The notes below the pieces were generated by a model. It ran no database searches and was not told the DNA's origin. It saw only the letters and a program-made list of their open reading frames with translations. Made by a program: the position numbers and the translations under genes. From Octopus sinensis (Eukaryota): DNA of 64,000 nt. Numbering within the stretch: position 1 is the first letter of the stretch; each line of letters begins with the position of its first letter. The stretch covers positions 37,386,001 through 37,450,000 of the forward strand of contig NC_042998.1 of NCBI RefSeq assembly GCF_006345805.1, given 5' to 3'. Shown in pieces: positions 1-11,953 of this stretch.

Positions 1-840
1 TCGTGTATAAGGGTTAAATACATATCATGAAAACTTATCAATAGCCCTGCACATACATTTCTGCATTCCAAATAGCAAATCAATCTAGGAATAATATCGT
101 GTAACATATTTCTACCTACAATATTACTGAAGGAAATTAAAACAAGCAGAATAATCAAAGTTGAGAATAGAGAAAAAGTTTAATCAATTATATAGAGCCA
201 AGGTGCAAGTGGAAGGCTCATCGGAATACAAGACATACACAGGGGCTTCAGAAAATTCATTTAAAACAAGATTTTATTCTCATAAGAATTCTTTTAAATA
301 CCCAGAGAATAGGAAGAAAACCAGCCTAGCAAAATATGTCTGGGAACTAAAAGAAAAGGAAGCCCCACCTTTCAACGTGACATGGAGCATTCTGGACAGG
401 GCGGCACCATACAGGCATGGAGCTTACAAATATAATTTCAAGTGCAAGCTTTGCTTATTAGAAAAAATGCACATATTATTCAAAGACTATAATTCTTTGA
501 ATCAAAGAAGTGAGTTAATGAACTTATGTAGGCACGCGGCTAAATTTAAAATGTCGAATATAAATATACCATATGGATAGAGTTTAATTTCTATGCATTA
601 ATTTGTACTGTCTTCATTAACGGCAATAGGTTTTTCCTCGGTTTTTTCCTCGGATTTTATAATTTTTATAATTTTTATAAGTTTTTTTATATATATATAC
701 ATATATTTTTGACCTTTTTGTTTATCGCTCGAAGATTGACCGTTTTTTCTAAAGGGCCAATCAAACAAGTCCATTTCTTTTTAAAGGTGTAGCGTTTGTA
801 AGAGTATAGATTGAATTAATATATATGTTCCATTCTAGCA

Positions 841-887
841 AAAACTGTCTGATGAACGGCAACGAGAAACTCAGCGTAACAGATTTT
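841..887 (+). ncRNA. Minimal type I hammerhead ribozyme in 5' pLTR
   Basis: ctgt-CTGATGA-a cg gcaa cg a-GAAAC tcagc GTA-acag: core, short stem II with GCAA loop, stem I ctgt/acag. Confidence 0.7.
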
Positions 888-1053
888 GTTGAATTTTCTG
901 CTGCTTAAAATAAAGCATATTACTCTACCACTGGTATTTGAGTACTCTTTTTTCCACCTTGTTTCACATTTATGTGTTTACTCCGGTCTAACCCGCTCCT
1001 TGTAAAAGTTTGAGCGACTCTGCACAAGTAGGAAGAACAAACAGCTGAAAAAG

Positions 1054-3173
1054 ATGGAACTTTACCCGCTGGATTTTTCTCAGAAAAATATACCTATCCC
1101 TGCACGGAAACAATATATCAAAGGCCTTATAGAGAAAACGGAAGAGTTTATTAGAAGACTGAGATGGAAAGCCTTCTTCTTTGATAATAAACAGAAAATA
1201 GAAGGTAACAAATATGGATTTAAATCTCCCAGAAACCCGCCACCGATTCCGGAATTAGAAGCCTTCGAGAAAGACCTTTTCGAGATTATTAGGAAAATTA
1301 AATTCCGCAAATTTACCAACCAATTGCAAAAAAACATGAGAGAAAAAATTAAGGAGATTAACGACTCGAATAAGATCTTCGTTAATTCTGACAAGACAAG
1401 GAACTTATATGCACTTGATAAGGACGTTTATAAACGCCTGATTTCGAATAGTGTCACGGACACATACAAAAAAGACAACACGAATATATACAAAGAGGTG
1501 AACTTAGAAGCAAGAGGAATAGCTAACGATCTTAAGATTAGCGATAGGATTGAATACCTTTCACCACGACCAGCTTGTATTACTCTGAAAGACCATAAAG
1601 ACAATTTTAGTAGAAACCCCAAATGTAGATTGATAAATCCGGCTAAAACTGAGATAGGAATTATTAGCAAAAATATTTTGGACCGTATTTTAGTTAAGTT
1701 AGATAGTGAAGTAGACTTGAGAATTTGGAAGAATAGTAAGTCAGTTATAGAGTGGTTTAAAGGTATTAGCTATAAGAATAATTGTAGTTTCACACAATTC
1801 GACATTATTGACTTTTACCCGTCGATATCTAGGACGTTGCTCCTAAGGGCATTGGACTTCGCCAAGCAGTATGTCAACATCGATAGCTCGGAAATTGAAA
1901 TTATTATGCATGCGAGGAAATCGCTTCTGTTTTTCGAGGATTCCACCTGGATTAAGAAGACTGAGGATTCTCTTTTCGATGTTACCGATGGGGGCATACG
2001 ACGGGGCTGAATTATGTATGCTCATAGGAGCCTTTATTCTCCATAATCTAAAAATAGAATTCCCATTTATAGATGCAGGTCTATATAGGGATGACGGCCT
2101 TATAGCCACGCATAATCTAAACGGCCATGAATCAGATAGACTTAGGAAGGACCTTATAGCTTTCTTTCAAAGGATGGGCTTGCGGATTACGATAGATACT
2201 AACCTGAATAGTGTAGATTTTTTAGACGTAAATTTTAATGTAAGATCGGATAGATTTAAACCTTCCGTAAGCCCAATGAAAAGCTATCGTATATTAGCAA
2301 AGATTCGAACCATCCACCAGTTATCCTTAGCAACTTAGTCAGCAATGTAGGTAGAAGAATATCTTCAATTTCTTCGGACGAGGCAGCATTCCATAATGCT
2401 GCACCTTATTACGATAGCGCATTAAAGAATAGTGGATTCCCGGAGAAGATCCAGTTCAACCAGCTTAATGCTAATATAATGCTGCACGAAGAACTAGGAC
2501 CAGGAAAGTTTTGTGGTTCAACCCGGCTTTCAATTTGGCCGTAAAGACTAATATAGGTAAGGAATTTTTGAGATTAGTCTCTAAGCATTTTAAGCAGGGT
2601 CATAAATTCTACAGAATATTTAATAGAAGAACCCTGAAGGTTAGCTATTCTTGTTGCAGAAATTTCGCCTCTTACATTAGCCAACATAATAGGAAGCTAA
2701 TTGAGATTAGACATGGTGCCGAGCCCATTAAGAAATGTAATTGTAAAAACGAAAGCTCCTGTCCGTTAGTGAAAGGAGTAGTTTATAGAGCCAAGGTGCA
2801 AGTGGAAGGCTCATCGGAATACAAGACATACACAGGGGCTTCAGAAAATTCATTTAAAACAAGATTTTATTCTCATAAGAATTCTTTTAAATACCCAGAG
2901 AATAGGAAGAAAACCAGCCTAGCAAAATATGTCTGGGAACTAAAAGAAAAGGAAGCCCCACCTTTCAACGTGACATGGAGCATTCTGGACAGGGCGGCAC
3001 CATACAGGCATGGAGCTTACAAATATAATTTCAAGTGCAAGCTTTGCTTATTAGAAAAAATGCACATATTATTCAAAGACAATAATTCTTTGAATCAAAG
3101 AAGTGAGTTAATGAACTTATGTAGGCACGCGGCTAAATTTAAAATGTCGAATATAAATATACCATATGGATAG
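1054..3173 (+). pseudogene. PLE RT-endonuclease ORF, broken by about three frameshifts (~1987, ~2265, ~2477)
   Basis: ORF pieces 1054-2010, 1871-2338, 2511-3173 join into one PLE polyprotein (e.g. DVT/MGAYDGAE, P/FRKPNEKLSY..NHP, RTRKVLWFNP). Confidence 0.85.
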
Positions 3174-3174
3174 A

Positions 3175-3922
3175 GTATATTTTGTATTTTGATTTTTGAT
3201 TTTTGATTTTGACTCTTAAGCGCTACGACGGATCTATAGCAAAGTCTTATGTTTTCTACATATATATTAGGAAAAACCTACAAACTTTGTTTTCATGTTA
3301 TTGTATTGCATAGGATTACCTTGATTATTTATATTACCTTGATTATTTATAAATGACCCAAAATAGGATGTTATATTTTATTTTATATGTCTTTCGTATA
3401 TATTTTTATTAATGCACCCATTTTTTAAAAGCAATGTTTTTTTAAAAAAAGCAATGTTGTCAAATTTAGAATGTTTATATAAGTTTGTGTATAGCAAAGC
3501 ATATGTATTTGTAAGCATGCGTATCTGTGTATGTGTAAGTGAAAGTATGCTTGTGCTTAAGCACGCATACACACGACGGTATGTATATGTATCAATTCAA
3601 ACTTGTGTATGTATACTGGCCTCTATAGATGCCAATAACATCGCTACAAGTTCCCCCCCCCCCTCTTTCGTTCCTTTTTCTCTCTTTCCCTTTCTTTCGT
3701 TCCCCCTCCTTGCTCAGTATATGAGAATTGCTACATAGATGAATTTTAGCTTGCGTGCGAGACGGTTTGCGTGAATATATGTACACATGCTTTTATGTGT
3801 ATAATTAGATTCATATTCATACGTCTGTATATGTATGTATGGCGTTTACGCGCATCCTTTTGTGTATGTTGATATATATATGTGGATTTTAATATAAATA
3901 TGTATTGCAGTATTTATAACAG
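3175..3922 (+). other. Putative 748-bp GT-AG intron in PLE 3' UTR, absent from the 5' pLTR copy
   Basis: ggataga|GTATAT...TATAACAG|gtttaatttc versus ggatagagtttaatttc at 575-591. Confidence 0.7.
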
Positions 3923-4179
3923 GTTTAATTTCTATGCATTAATTTGTACTGTCTTCATTAACGGCAATAGGTTTTTCCTCGGTTTTTTCCTCGGATTTTA
4001 TAATTTTTATAATTTTTATAAGTTTTTTTATATATATATACATATATTTGACCTTTTTGTTTATCGCTCGAAGATTGACCGTTTTTTCTAAAGGGCCAAT
4101 CAAACAAGTCCATTTCTTTTTAAAGGTGTAGCGTTTGTAAGAGTATAGATTGAATTAATATATATGTTCCATTCTAGCA

Positions 4180-4226
4180 AAAACTGTCTGATGAACGGCA
4201 ACGAGAAACTCAGAGTAACAGATTTT
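4180..4226 (+). ncRNA. Minimal type I hammerhead ribozyme at PLE 3' end
   Basis: ctgt-CTGATGA-acggcaacga-GAA-ACT cag AGT-A-acag; stem III better paired than in the 841 copy. Confidence 0.72.
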
Positions 4227-4254
4227 GTTGAATTTTCTGCTGCTTAAAATAAAG

Positions 4255-4262
4255 TATAAGAT

Positions 4263-4313
<51 letters not shown>

Positions 4314-4418
4314 GTATATATACATATATATATATGTATATATGTATATATCTATATATATATATGTATCTATATATATGTAATATATATATATACATAT
4401 ATATATATACACACACAG

Positions 4419-4461
<43 letters not shown>

Positions 4462-4560
4462 GTATATATATATATGTGTATATATATATATATAATATAT
4501 ATATTATATATATATATATATGTATATTATATATATATATATATATATAGTATATATATA

Positions 4561-4650
<90 letters not shown>
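4255..4650. repeat. (TA)n microsatellite separating two tail-to-tail PLEs
   Basis: Visible dinucleotide run. Confidence 0.95.
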
Positions 4651-4651
<1 letters not shown>

Positions 4652-4748
4652 CGGGAAGCTTTATGAAAATAAACAAAAGACGAAGGCAGGTGGAAAACAA
4701 ACGAACAATTGTATTAGTATGGCGCTCAGGAAATATAAATAAAACAAG

Positions 4749-4786
4749 TCTTTAACGTTTCGAGCCTACGCTCTTCAACAGAAAGA
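4749..4786 (-). ncRNA. Variant minimal hammerhead-like motif
   Basis: Minus strand tcttt-CTGTTGA-A-GAG cgtagg CTC-GAA-ACGT-T-aaaga: stems I and II pair, palindromic stem III; core deviates (A6 to U, extra A). Confidence 0.5.
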
Positions 4787-4967
4787 TACACAGAGAGAGA
4801 AAAACACAGAAAGAAGGAGAGAAAAAAAATGCGTGCAGTAGCTAACGAATCAACATGGCGATCTGATTTCGGCCAGAGGTCAAAGATCAAACATGAGACG
4901 CGAGAGCGAAATAAGGGGAGATAATAGGGTTGATAAATGGGTTGAGGGACCAGCTAAAAGTGCGTGG

Positions 4968-5287
4968 GAGGGGTCTGGATGTGTGTATGTATAGGTTTGG
5001 TGTATGTATTAGTATGTATAAGGGTGTGTGTGTGTGTGGTGTGTGTGTGAGAGAGTATTAGTGCGTAAGATTGGTCTGGACGTGCGTATGTATGGGGTTG
5101 GTGTATGTATTAGTATGTATTAGTATGTATTAGTACGTATTGGTATGTATAGGTGTGTGTGTGTGTGTGTGAGAGAGTATAAGTGCGTATGCGGGGTCTG
5201 GACGTGTGTATGTATAGGGTTGGTGTAAGTATTAGTATGTACTGGTATGTATTAGTATGTATTAGTTGGTGTGTGTATTAGTATGGC
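4968..5287. repeat. ~110-120 bp minisatellite (about 2.6 units) in PLE 3' UTR
   Basis: Recurrent ggtctgga(c/t)gtg(t/c)gtatgtat..ttggtgta(t/a)gtattagtatgta..gagagagta. Confidence 0.75.
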
Positions 5288-7531
5288 ACATCATATGTGA
5301 TGTGATGTGTAAAGTCATGTGGTGTAGTGAGGAGAAGAGGGCGAGGGGGAGAAGAGGGGGGAGAGAAGGCGAGGGGAAGAAGAGGAGGAGGAGAAGGGGG
5401 AAGAGGAGAGGATGGGGGAGAAGGAAGGGGAGGAGGGGGATGAAGGAGGAAAGAGGGAGAGGGGGAGAGAGGGAGTGAGGGAGCAGAGGGAAGGGGAAGA
5501 GGGAGGGAGAAAGAGGGAAGAAGGGAAGGGGAGTAGGGGTGAAAGGATGAAGGACTGAAGAAGTAGGGGTCGGGGGGAGAAAGGATAGGTGAGGAGGGGG
5601 GAGAGGGGGGTTAGATGAGGAGGGGGGGAGAGTTGAGACCAAATGGCGTATAAGAGCGAAGAGAGAAGATTAATTCCTGTTCACGGCGCAAACGGGAATC
5701 CGGATGGCCTCTGTGTAAGGACAAACCGAACACAGATAGGTGTTGCAAGGAGTGACCGGTGGAGCGGAAATGGCGTGAGACCGGTGTGTCGTTCGCAAGG
5801 TGGATGTCACGAAGGTGTTCCGCGAACCGGTCAGCCAAGCGGCGTCCCGTTTGTCCGATGTACAAGGAATTGCAGAGAGAGCAAGAGATGCAATAGATAA
5901 TATTGCTGGAGGTGCAGGTGAAGGAGTGGATGATGGGATAGGGTCGATGGTGGGTGCTAGTGAGGCGGGTGGTGTTGGAGAGGTAAGGGCAAGTGCGGCA
6001 ACGTGGGCGGGAGCAGGGGAACGAGCCGGGTTGGGAGGTAGGGTCAGGGAAGGAGCTATGGACCAAAAGGTCTCGAAGGTTGTGGGCTCGTTTGAAAGAG
6101 GGGAGGGGTCGGTTAGGGAAGAGGTGTGAAGTGGACGGGTCGGACTGGAGATGACGGAAAGCTCGAAGAATGGTGCGTTGGAGACGTAGGGTCGTGGGGT
6201 GGTAAGTGAGGGGAAAGGGAGGCGGGAGACTACAGGGCGGGTTCGGGGAGAGAGAGCAGATACACGGTCCACGGACCGTGCTCTGGCAAGGGCGGTGTGG
6301 ATAGTGGTGAGGGGGTATCCACGTAGGGTGAAGTGGTGAGCCATACGTTGAGACTGAGTCTCAAAGTCATGGTCGTCACTACAGAGCCTACGTAGACGGA
6401 GGAATTGGGAATAGGGGATGGAAAGCTTGGTGTGTTCTGGGTGGGAGGAAGAGAAGTTGAGGTATGAGTGTGAGTCTGTGTGTTTGTAGTGAATGGAGGT
6501 GGTAAGAGTGGAGTGAAGAATGCTAACGGAAATGTCGAGGAAGGAGACAGAGGTGTTGGAGATATGGAAGTGAAGTGGAGGGCTGGATGGAAAGATTGGA
6601 CGAAAGAGAGGAAGGAATCTAGATGTTCGCGGGAGAGTGAGGTGGCACCGATAATGTCGTCAATATAACGACCATATAGTTCAGGAGTGGGACCAGTGAA
6701 ATTGGAGAATATTTGGGCCTCAACATAGCCAACGAACAGGTTCGCATAGTTGGGGCCCATTCGCGTTCCCATGGCCACTCCCGAGACCTGATGGTAGAAC
6801 TCGCCCGCGAACGAGAAGCAGTTCAGAGTAAGGACAAGTTCGGCCAGACGAATGAGTGTGGAGGTGTCAGGTACAGGGTTAGAGCGGAGGTCAAGAAAGT
6901 GTCGAAGGGCCTGCAGTCCTTCGTGGTGAGGGATAACAGTATAGAGGCTTTGGATGTCCATAGTAAAAAGGATTTTGGAGGAGCCGGGAGGAAAGGAGAA
7001 AGAGTTGAAAAGCCGGAGAGCATGGTTGGTATCGTGGATGTGGGAGGGAAGAGATGCCACTAGGGGGGCAAGGACACGGTCGAGGTATTTAGAGATGAGC
7101 TCCGTGGGGCAGTTACAGGCGGAGACGATGGGGCGGCCAGGGTTGTTGGGTTTGTGGATTTTGGGGAGGAAGTAAATGGTGGGGGTACGTGGGGTTCGCA
7201 CAATTAGGTTGGATGCGGTGCGGGGGAGACGGGAGGACGAGATGAGGTCTTGGACAGTAGAGGATACCGTCTGTTGGTAGCTACGTGTGGGGTTAGAGGG
7301 CAGAGGGGAATAGAAGGAGGTGTCATTGAGTTGGCGGAAAGCCTCGGCCCTATAGAGGTCCGCGCGCCACACCACTACAGCTCCACCCTTGTCAGCCGGT
7401 TTGATGATAATGTCAGCGCGCCGTTGGAGGGAACGAAGAGCCAAGAGCTCAGCCGGGGAGATGTTGAGGCGGCGTTGGCGCCTGGAGAAGTTGAACCGCT
7501 CCAATGCACGCTGACAAGCGCCCGCAAAAAG

Positions 7532-7602
<71 letters not shown>

Positions 7603-8080
7603 TTGTGTATATATATTCGGGCCTAAACTTAATTACGCGATCATTCTCTACAGCACTTCACACAAAACATTCAGTGCATTGTTTTTTTTATATATTTTCC
7701 CTAGACCTGTTCACTCAACCGTGTCACCCTTAACTAACGACGCCGAAAATTGTCAATTGATACTAACTCACGGACGTAGCGGGGAACCTACAAACATTTC
7801 TAAAACCAGTCATGTGATTATCCTCTCCCAATCAATTCCTATTGAAAACATATATTACTTTGAGCCATGAACTCCCTATAAAAATAGAACAAGCTTCAAA
7901 GACTAGTCACAAGCAAGGTAGTCGTAGATTAACTGACGTCTTTCTACCTTAACTTTTGAAAATCAGTGTAAACTTTAAAAGCAGTTAAATATTTAAATAT
8001 AATAAAAGAATTTATATATTCCCAGTGCATTTTCAATTTCTATTTTTCTTCATTTCTACCCGTGTGGAATAAAATATCTG

Positions 8081-8420
<340 letters not shown>

Positions 8421-8731
8421 TATGCATGCGTGTGTGTACATATCGAATGGAACCCTCTCTAACACTGTTTCAACATGCTATATACACATTCGCGTAACAC
8501 TTGAAAACTTCTCATTGTTCGACACAATGTCTCTTAATTATCTTCTCTCCTTCTTATTAACTATTGACTATAAACCAGAAGCCTCCTTATCAACAATGCT
8601 TCATATTTTCCACGAGAAAAATCAAAGTGATTAAGTGGATGTTAAAGCGGTTAATAAGACAACTTTGCTTCAGTTATATTCCAGCCGTATATACAATTTG
8701 TACTTGTGATAAATGTAGGGACATAACACAC

Positions 8732-9054
8732 CTGAGTTTTGCCTAGGAACTGCTGTCTTTCCAAATGAAAATTAATTCTGAGTTCGATTGTGTTAAAGGT
8801 TTCCAGGGTATAAAAGTGTCTTCTCTCATACAAGAATGAATCAAAAATATGGGCTTCACAATTGAAAGGATTACTTTTGTATCCAGCGGTTGAATTCCAT
8901 TGCATCACCGAAGAAATTTGAAGTTCCTCATTACCATTAAAATGTCTTGTACTTTTAATGGAATTCGGTGCGTTGGAGACCCAATGGATTCCAAAGAATT
9001 CAAAACTGTAAAGTTGGTAACAATGCGATAGCCTTCGGTTAATTTTGGCATAAA
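8732..9054 (-). CDS. Candidate internal exon, possibly an immunoglobulin-like domain
   Basis: Stop-free frame in unique AT-rich DNA; acceptor ccttttcttAG (phase 1), donor cag|GTGTGT; Cys (SHCY)..Trp (IHWV)..SSVMQW..Cys (FNCEA) spacing resembles an Ig fold. Confidence 0.4.
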
Positions 9055-9339
9055 CTAAGAAAGGTTTTCGTATAATTATGTATGTGGGCGGAAGAGAAGG
9101 AAACAAAGAAACAGGAGCGCCAGTAAGGGAGAATGAATTGCAAACCGAAGGAAACGGGGAAATGAGAATGAAATTTTGAGAGACGGAATAAAAAGGAGAG
9201 ATTTAAATAATATTCATCGAGAAAAACCTGAACGTGTTTGGTTTAATCGTTGTGGATATAATTTAGACAAATTTTGGGAATATACAAATGTATGCAGACG
9301 TGTGTGACAATGTGAAACTTTCTACACACTTACACAAAA

Positions 9340-9377
<38 letters not shown>

Positions 9378-9484
9378 GTATATGAATGTATGTATGTATG
9401 TATACAAACATATACACAAACAAACACACACACACACGCATATACACATTCTATACATAACCGTAGGTGTATGGAATAGAATAT

Positions 9485-9720
9485 GGATTTCATATCAATC
9501 GAAGGAGAGGGGCTTTCTCCGTCCGGGTTGCGAATCCGTGGAATAAGCTGCCGGACGAGATATTGAAGATGCCAACGACCGCTCGGTTCAAAGTCTCTCT
9601 TGACCAGAAATGACCTGAACTCTTTGAATGAACACCACCCTGTACATAACTCCATGCCCCCATACATGGCCTTGCTTTTTGCTTTTTGAGCCAAAATATT
9701 AACTTAACTTAACTTAACTT
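9485..9720 (+). mobile_element. CR1-like LINE 3' end with (TTAAC)n tail
   Basis: Translates GFHINRRRGAFSVRVANPWNKLPDEILKMPTTARFKVSLD, typical CR1 ORF2 C-terminus. Confidence 0.75.
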
Positions 9721-11511
9721 ATGTAACGGCATTATTAGACTTCCTTAAGCACAAACTCTCTCATACTGAGCCGTGAACATTTAATACTTGCACCTATACA
9801 CGCATATACACACTCAGTCAAACGAATACATGTCCATACACAGATATAAATGCACATATTCGTATGGCACACCACCACAAACAAACTGCTTCTCCATGAC
9901 CCTCGGACACTAACATATTTAGGCTCGCAACTATAAATACGACGAATAATATGAATACATATCCCTTTACTCTCTTCTACCAAAACATATCTCATTTATT
10001 CTCCTCCCTATATACATCGTTTATATATATGCATACATCTTAGCTGCTGTCTCGTATTTGAGGAAAGTCATTGCTCGAAATAATAATTGAAATGAGGCAA
10101 TGTTGATGCAACGTAAGGCACTTGCATGACACTTGTGAAAGTCTTGCATATTCTATTACATAATGAACATTACTCTAACATGAGGTTCAAGGATTGCCTC
10201 AGAATTGCTCTGACACAGAAGAAATTTCAGTTGTTGACTGGGAGAGGGAGCCAGAAGACCGAGTTGGATGAGTGCAGAGTGGTTGTTCGAGGTTTCAAGG
10301 AAAGAGAATGGAAGCATGAGGAGATTAAGATAAGGCTTGAAAGGTATGAACCTGTGGAGAATGAGATTGTTGCATTTTGTGTGTGTGTGTGTGGTTTGTA
10401 GGTGGAGTTACTTGAGTCGTATGTATACATACATGCATAATACTTTGACGTATCTGCACACGATTACAAGAAGGAACATTAAACACCTGCTTATTTGAAT
10501 TTTACTTCAGCTTTCCTCACACGAGTAAAGAAATGCACTGTGAATTACTTCCTATTCAGAATATATCGGTGGTTATAGAGAGAGAAATGCAGCTGGGTAA
10601 CCATGGTTTCTAAAATAAGTAAAATACATAAGTATTACAATTATAATTTAGAAAGCCATGCATCTGGTGTGGAGGTAGAGGATGCTTTTATATGGTTACG
10701 TTCTGGTTGACTTTGGAATTCCATCTAAATCTGACAGTGACTTGTAAGTTGTCAAATTGTAAAACATCACGGTTGAATATTTGTGTTCGCTCCGTTTCTA
10801 CACGTTTCTGCAAATAATTTCCCTGATGATAAATATTATAGATGACGTTTACTGACACTAATGTATGCTTCTTCACATAAAATAAACTAAATAAGTTTCT
10901 ATAAAAATAAATATAAATGGATATTAAATAGTAAAAACATAAAAAATGATGAAAAGAAATGAGAAGAATTATGGCACATTATTGCAGTACGTAACACGGT
11001 TATATGTTCACAATATCATGCAATCATGTAATTATATATGTTGTTATGTTAAACTCACATATTTTCCAGTATTTCTAAATGTATTTTTTGTCAGAACAGA
11101 CCACCATGCAGAATTTTTATGAAGCACGGAAATTATTTTCGTGATAATTGGGAAACGGGTTAATTCGAAATCAATGATTATTCACAAGTATTGTAGAGGG
11201 AAAGTACGATGTTTGTTTTCTTTTTACCAACGCCAACGCTAAGATGAGTTGGGACTTTGGGAATAAGGAGGCAAAAGAAATCTAGAATATGTATTAGGTG
11301 GAAAATGGAGAATGGCTTCATTAAGTAAATGGAAGAAACGCAAATGGTTGAAAATCAGGCTCTACGTCTGGAGATCGATCGTGCGTCACAGTTTATCGTC
11401 AAAATTGTTATCGTGTTTAAATTCAGTTGCATCTTATTTTGTAGTTTTTGAAATTTTACGTCTTCTTATGGAAGCATGTGCAAAAGAATTCATTGTTAAT
11501 AATTAGCCTTG

Positions 11512-11700
11512 AGGTGGCACAGCGGAGAAAATGCTTCCCGGCATTTCGTCCGTCTCTACGTTCTGAGTTCAAAAGTCACCGTGTTTGATTTCGAGTTTCA
11601 TTCTTTCAAGGTTGATGAAAAATTACCAGCTGAATCGTGGGGTCGCTCTAATCAACTTACCCACTCCGATGTAATTGCTAACCTTGTGCCAGAATGAGAA
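11512..11700 (+). mobile_element. Degraded SINE family A copy
   Basis: tRNA-like head, gttctgagttcaaaa B-box, tttcattctttcaaggttgat core. Confidence 0.6.
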
Positions 11701-11953
11701 ACCAATATTTAGCCTACTATACTCTTGCAGCAGGGTAGCATATTTTTCTGTTAAGCAAGTTTAAAATTTGTAGTCAGCTCTAGCGTTGCCTGTGTACAAT
11801 TGGGTGCTCTTCCTCTTATTTCCTCTTCATGCTGACTAATGAATATTAATGTGTGTAGTAATTTTACTGGAAGCAGCGTCCTGTAGATCCGATATAAGAA
11901 TTGGCTATCGATCCAATGATCAATTGTACTTCGGTAATTTATATCTAAAAAAA

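Larger units (their letters stand above)
191..4254 (+). mobile_element. Penelope-like retroelement, probably Hydra clade, with 5' pseudo-LTR (191-915 repeats 2784-3174 + 3923-4254)
   Basis: RT (MGAYDGAE, GLYRDDG) followed by C-terminal GIY-YIG-like endonuclease with CNCKNESSC (CxCx5C) and CKLC but no CCHH; near-identical direct terminal repeat; ends in (TA)n. Clade name from recalled literature motifs. Confidence 0.88.
4651..7535 (-). mobile_element. 5'-truncated Penelope-like element, Neptune type (RT + Cys linker + GIY-YIG), frameshifted
   Basis: ORF 6230-7537: PADKGGAVV, YFLPKIHK, GVAMGTRMGP, RYIDD; ORF 5611-6066: CSRPRCRTC linker, FTC..NIIYCISCSLC..YIGQT..EH..HF; both ends abut (TA)n. 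Confidence 0.92.
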
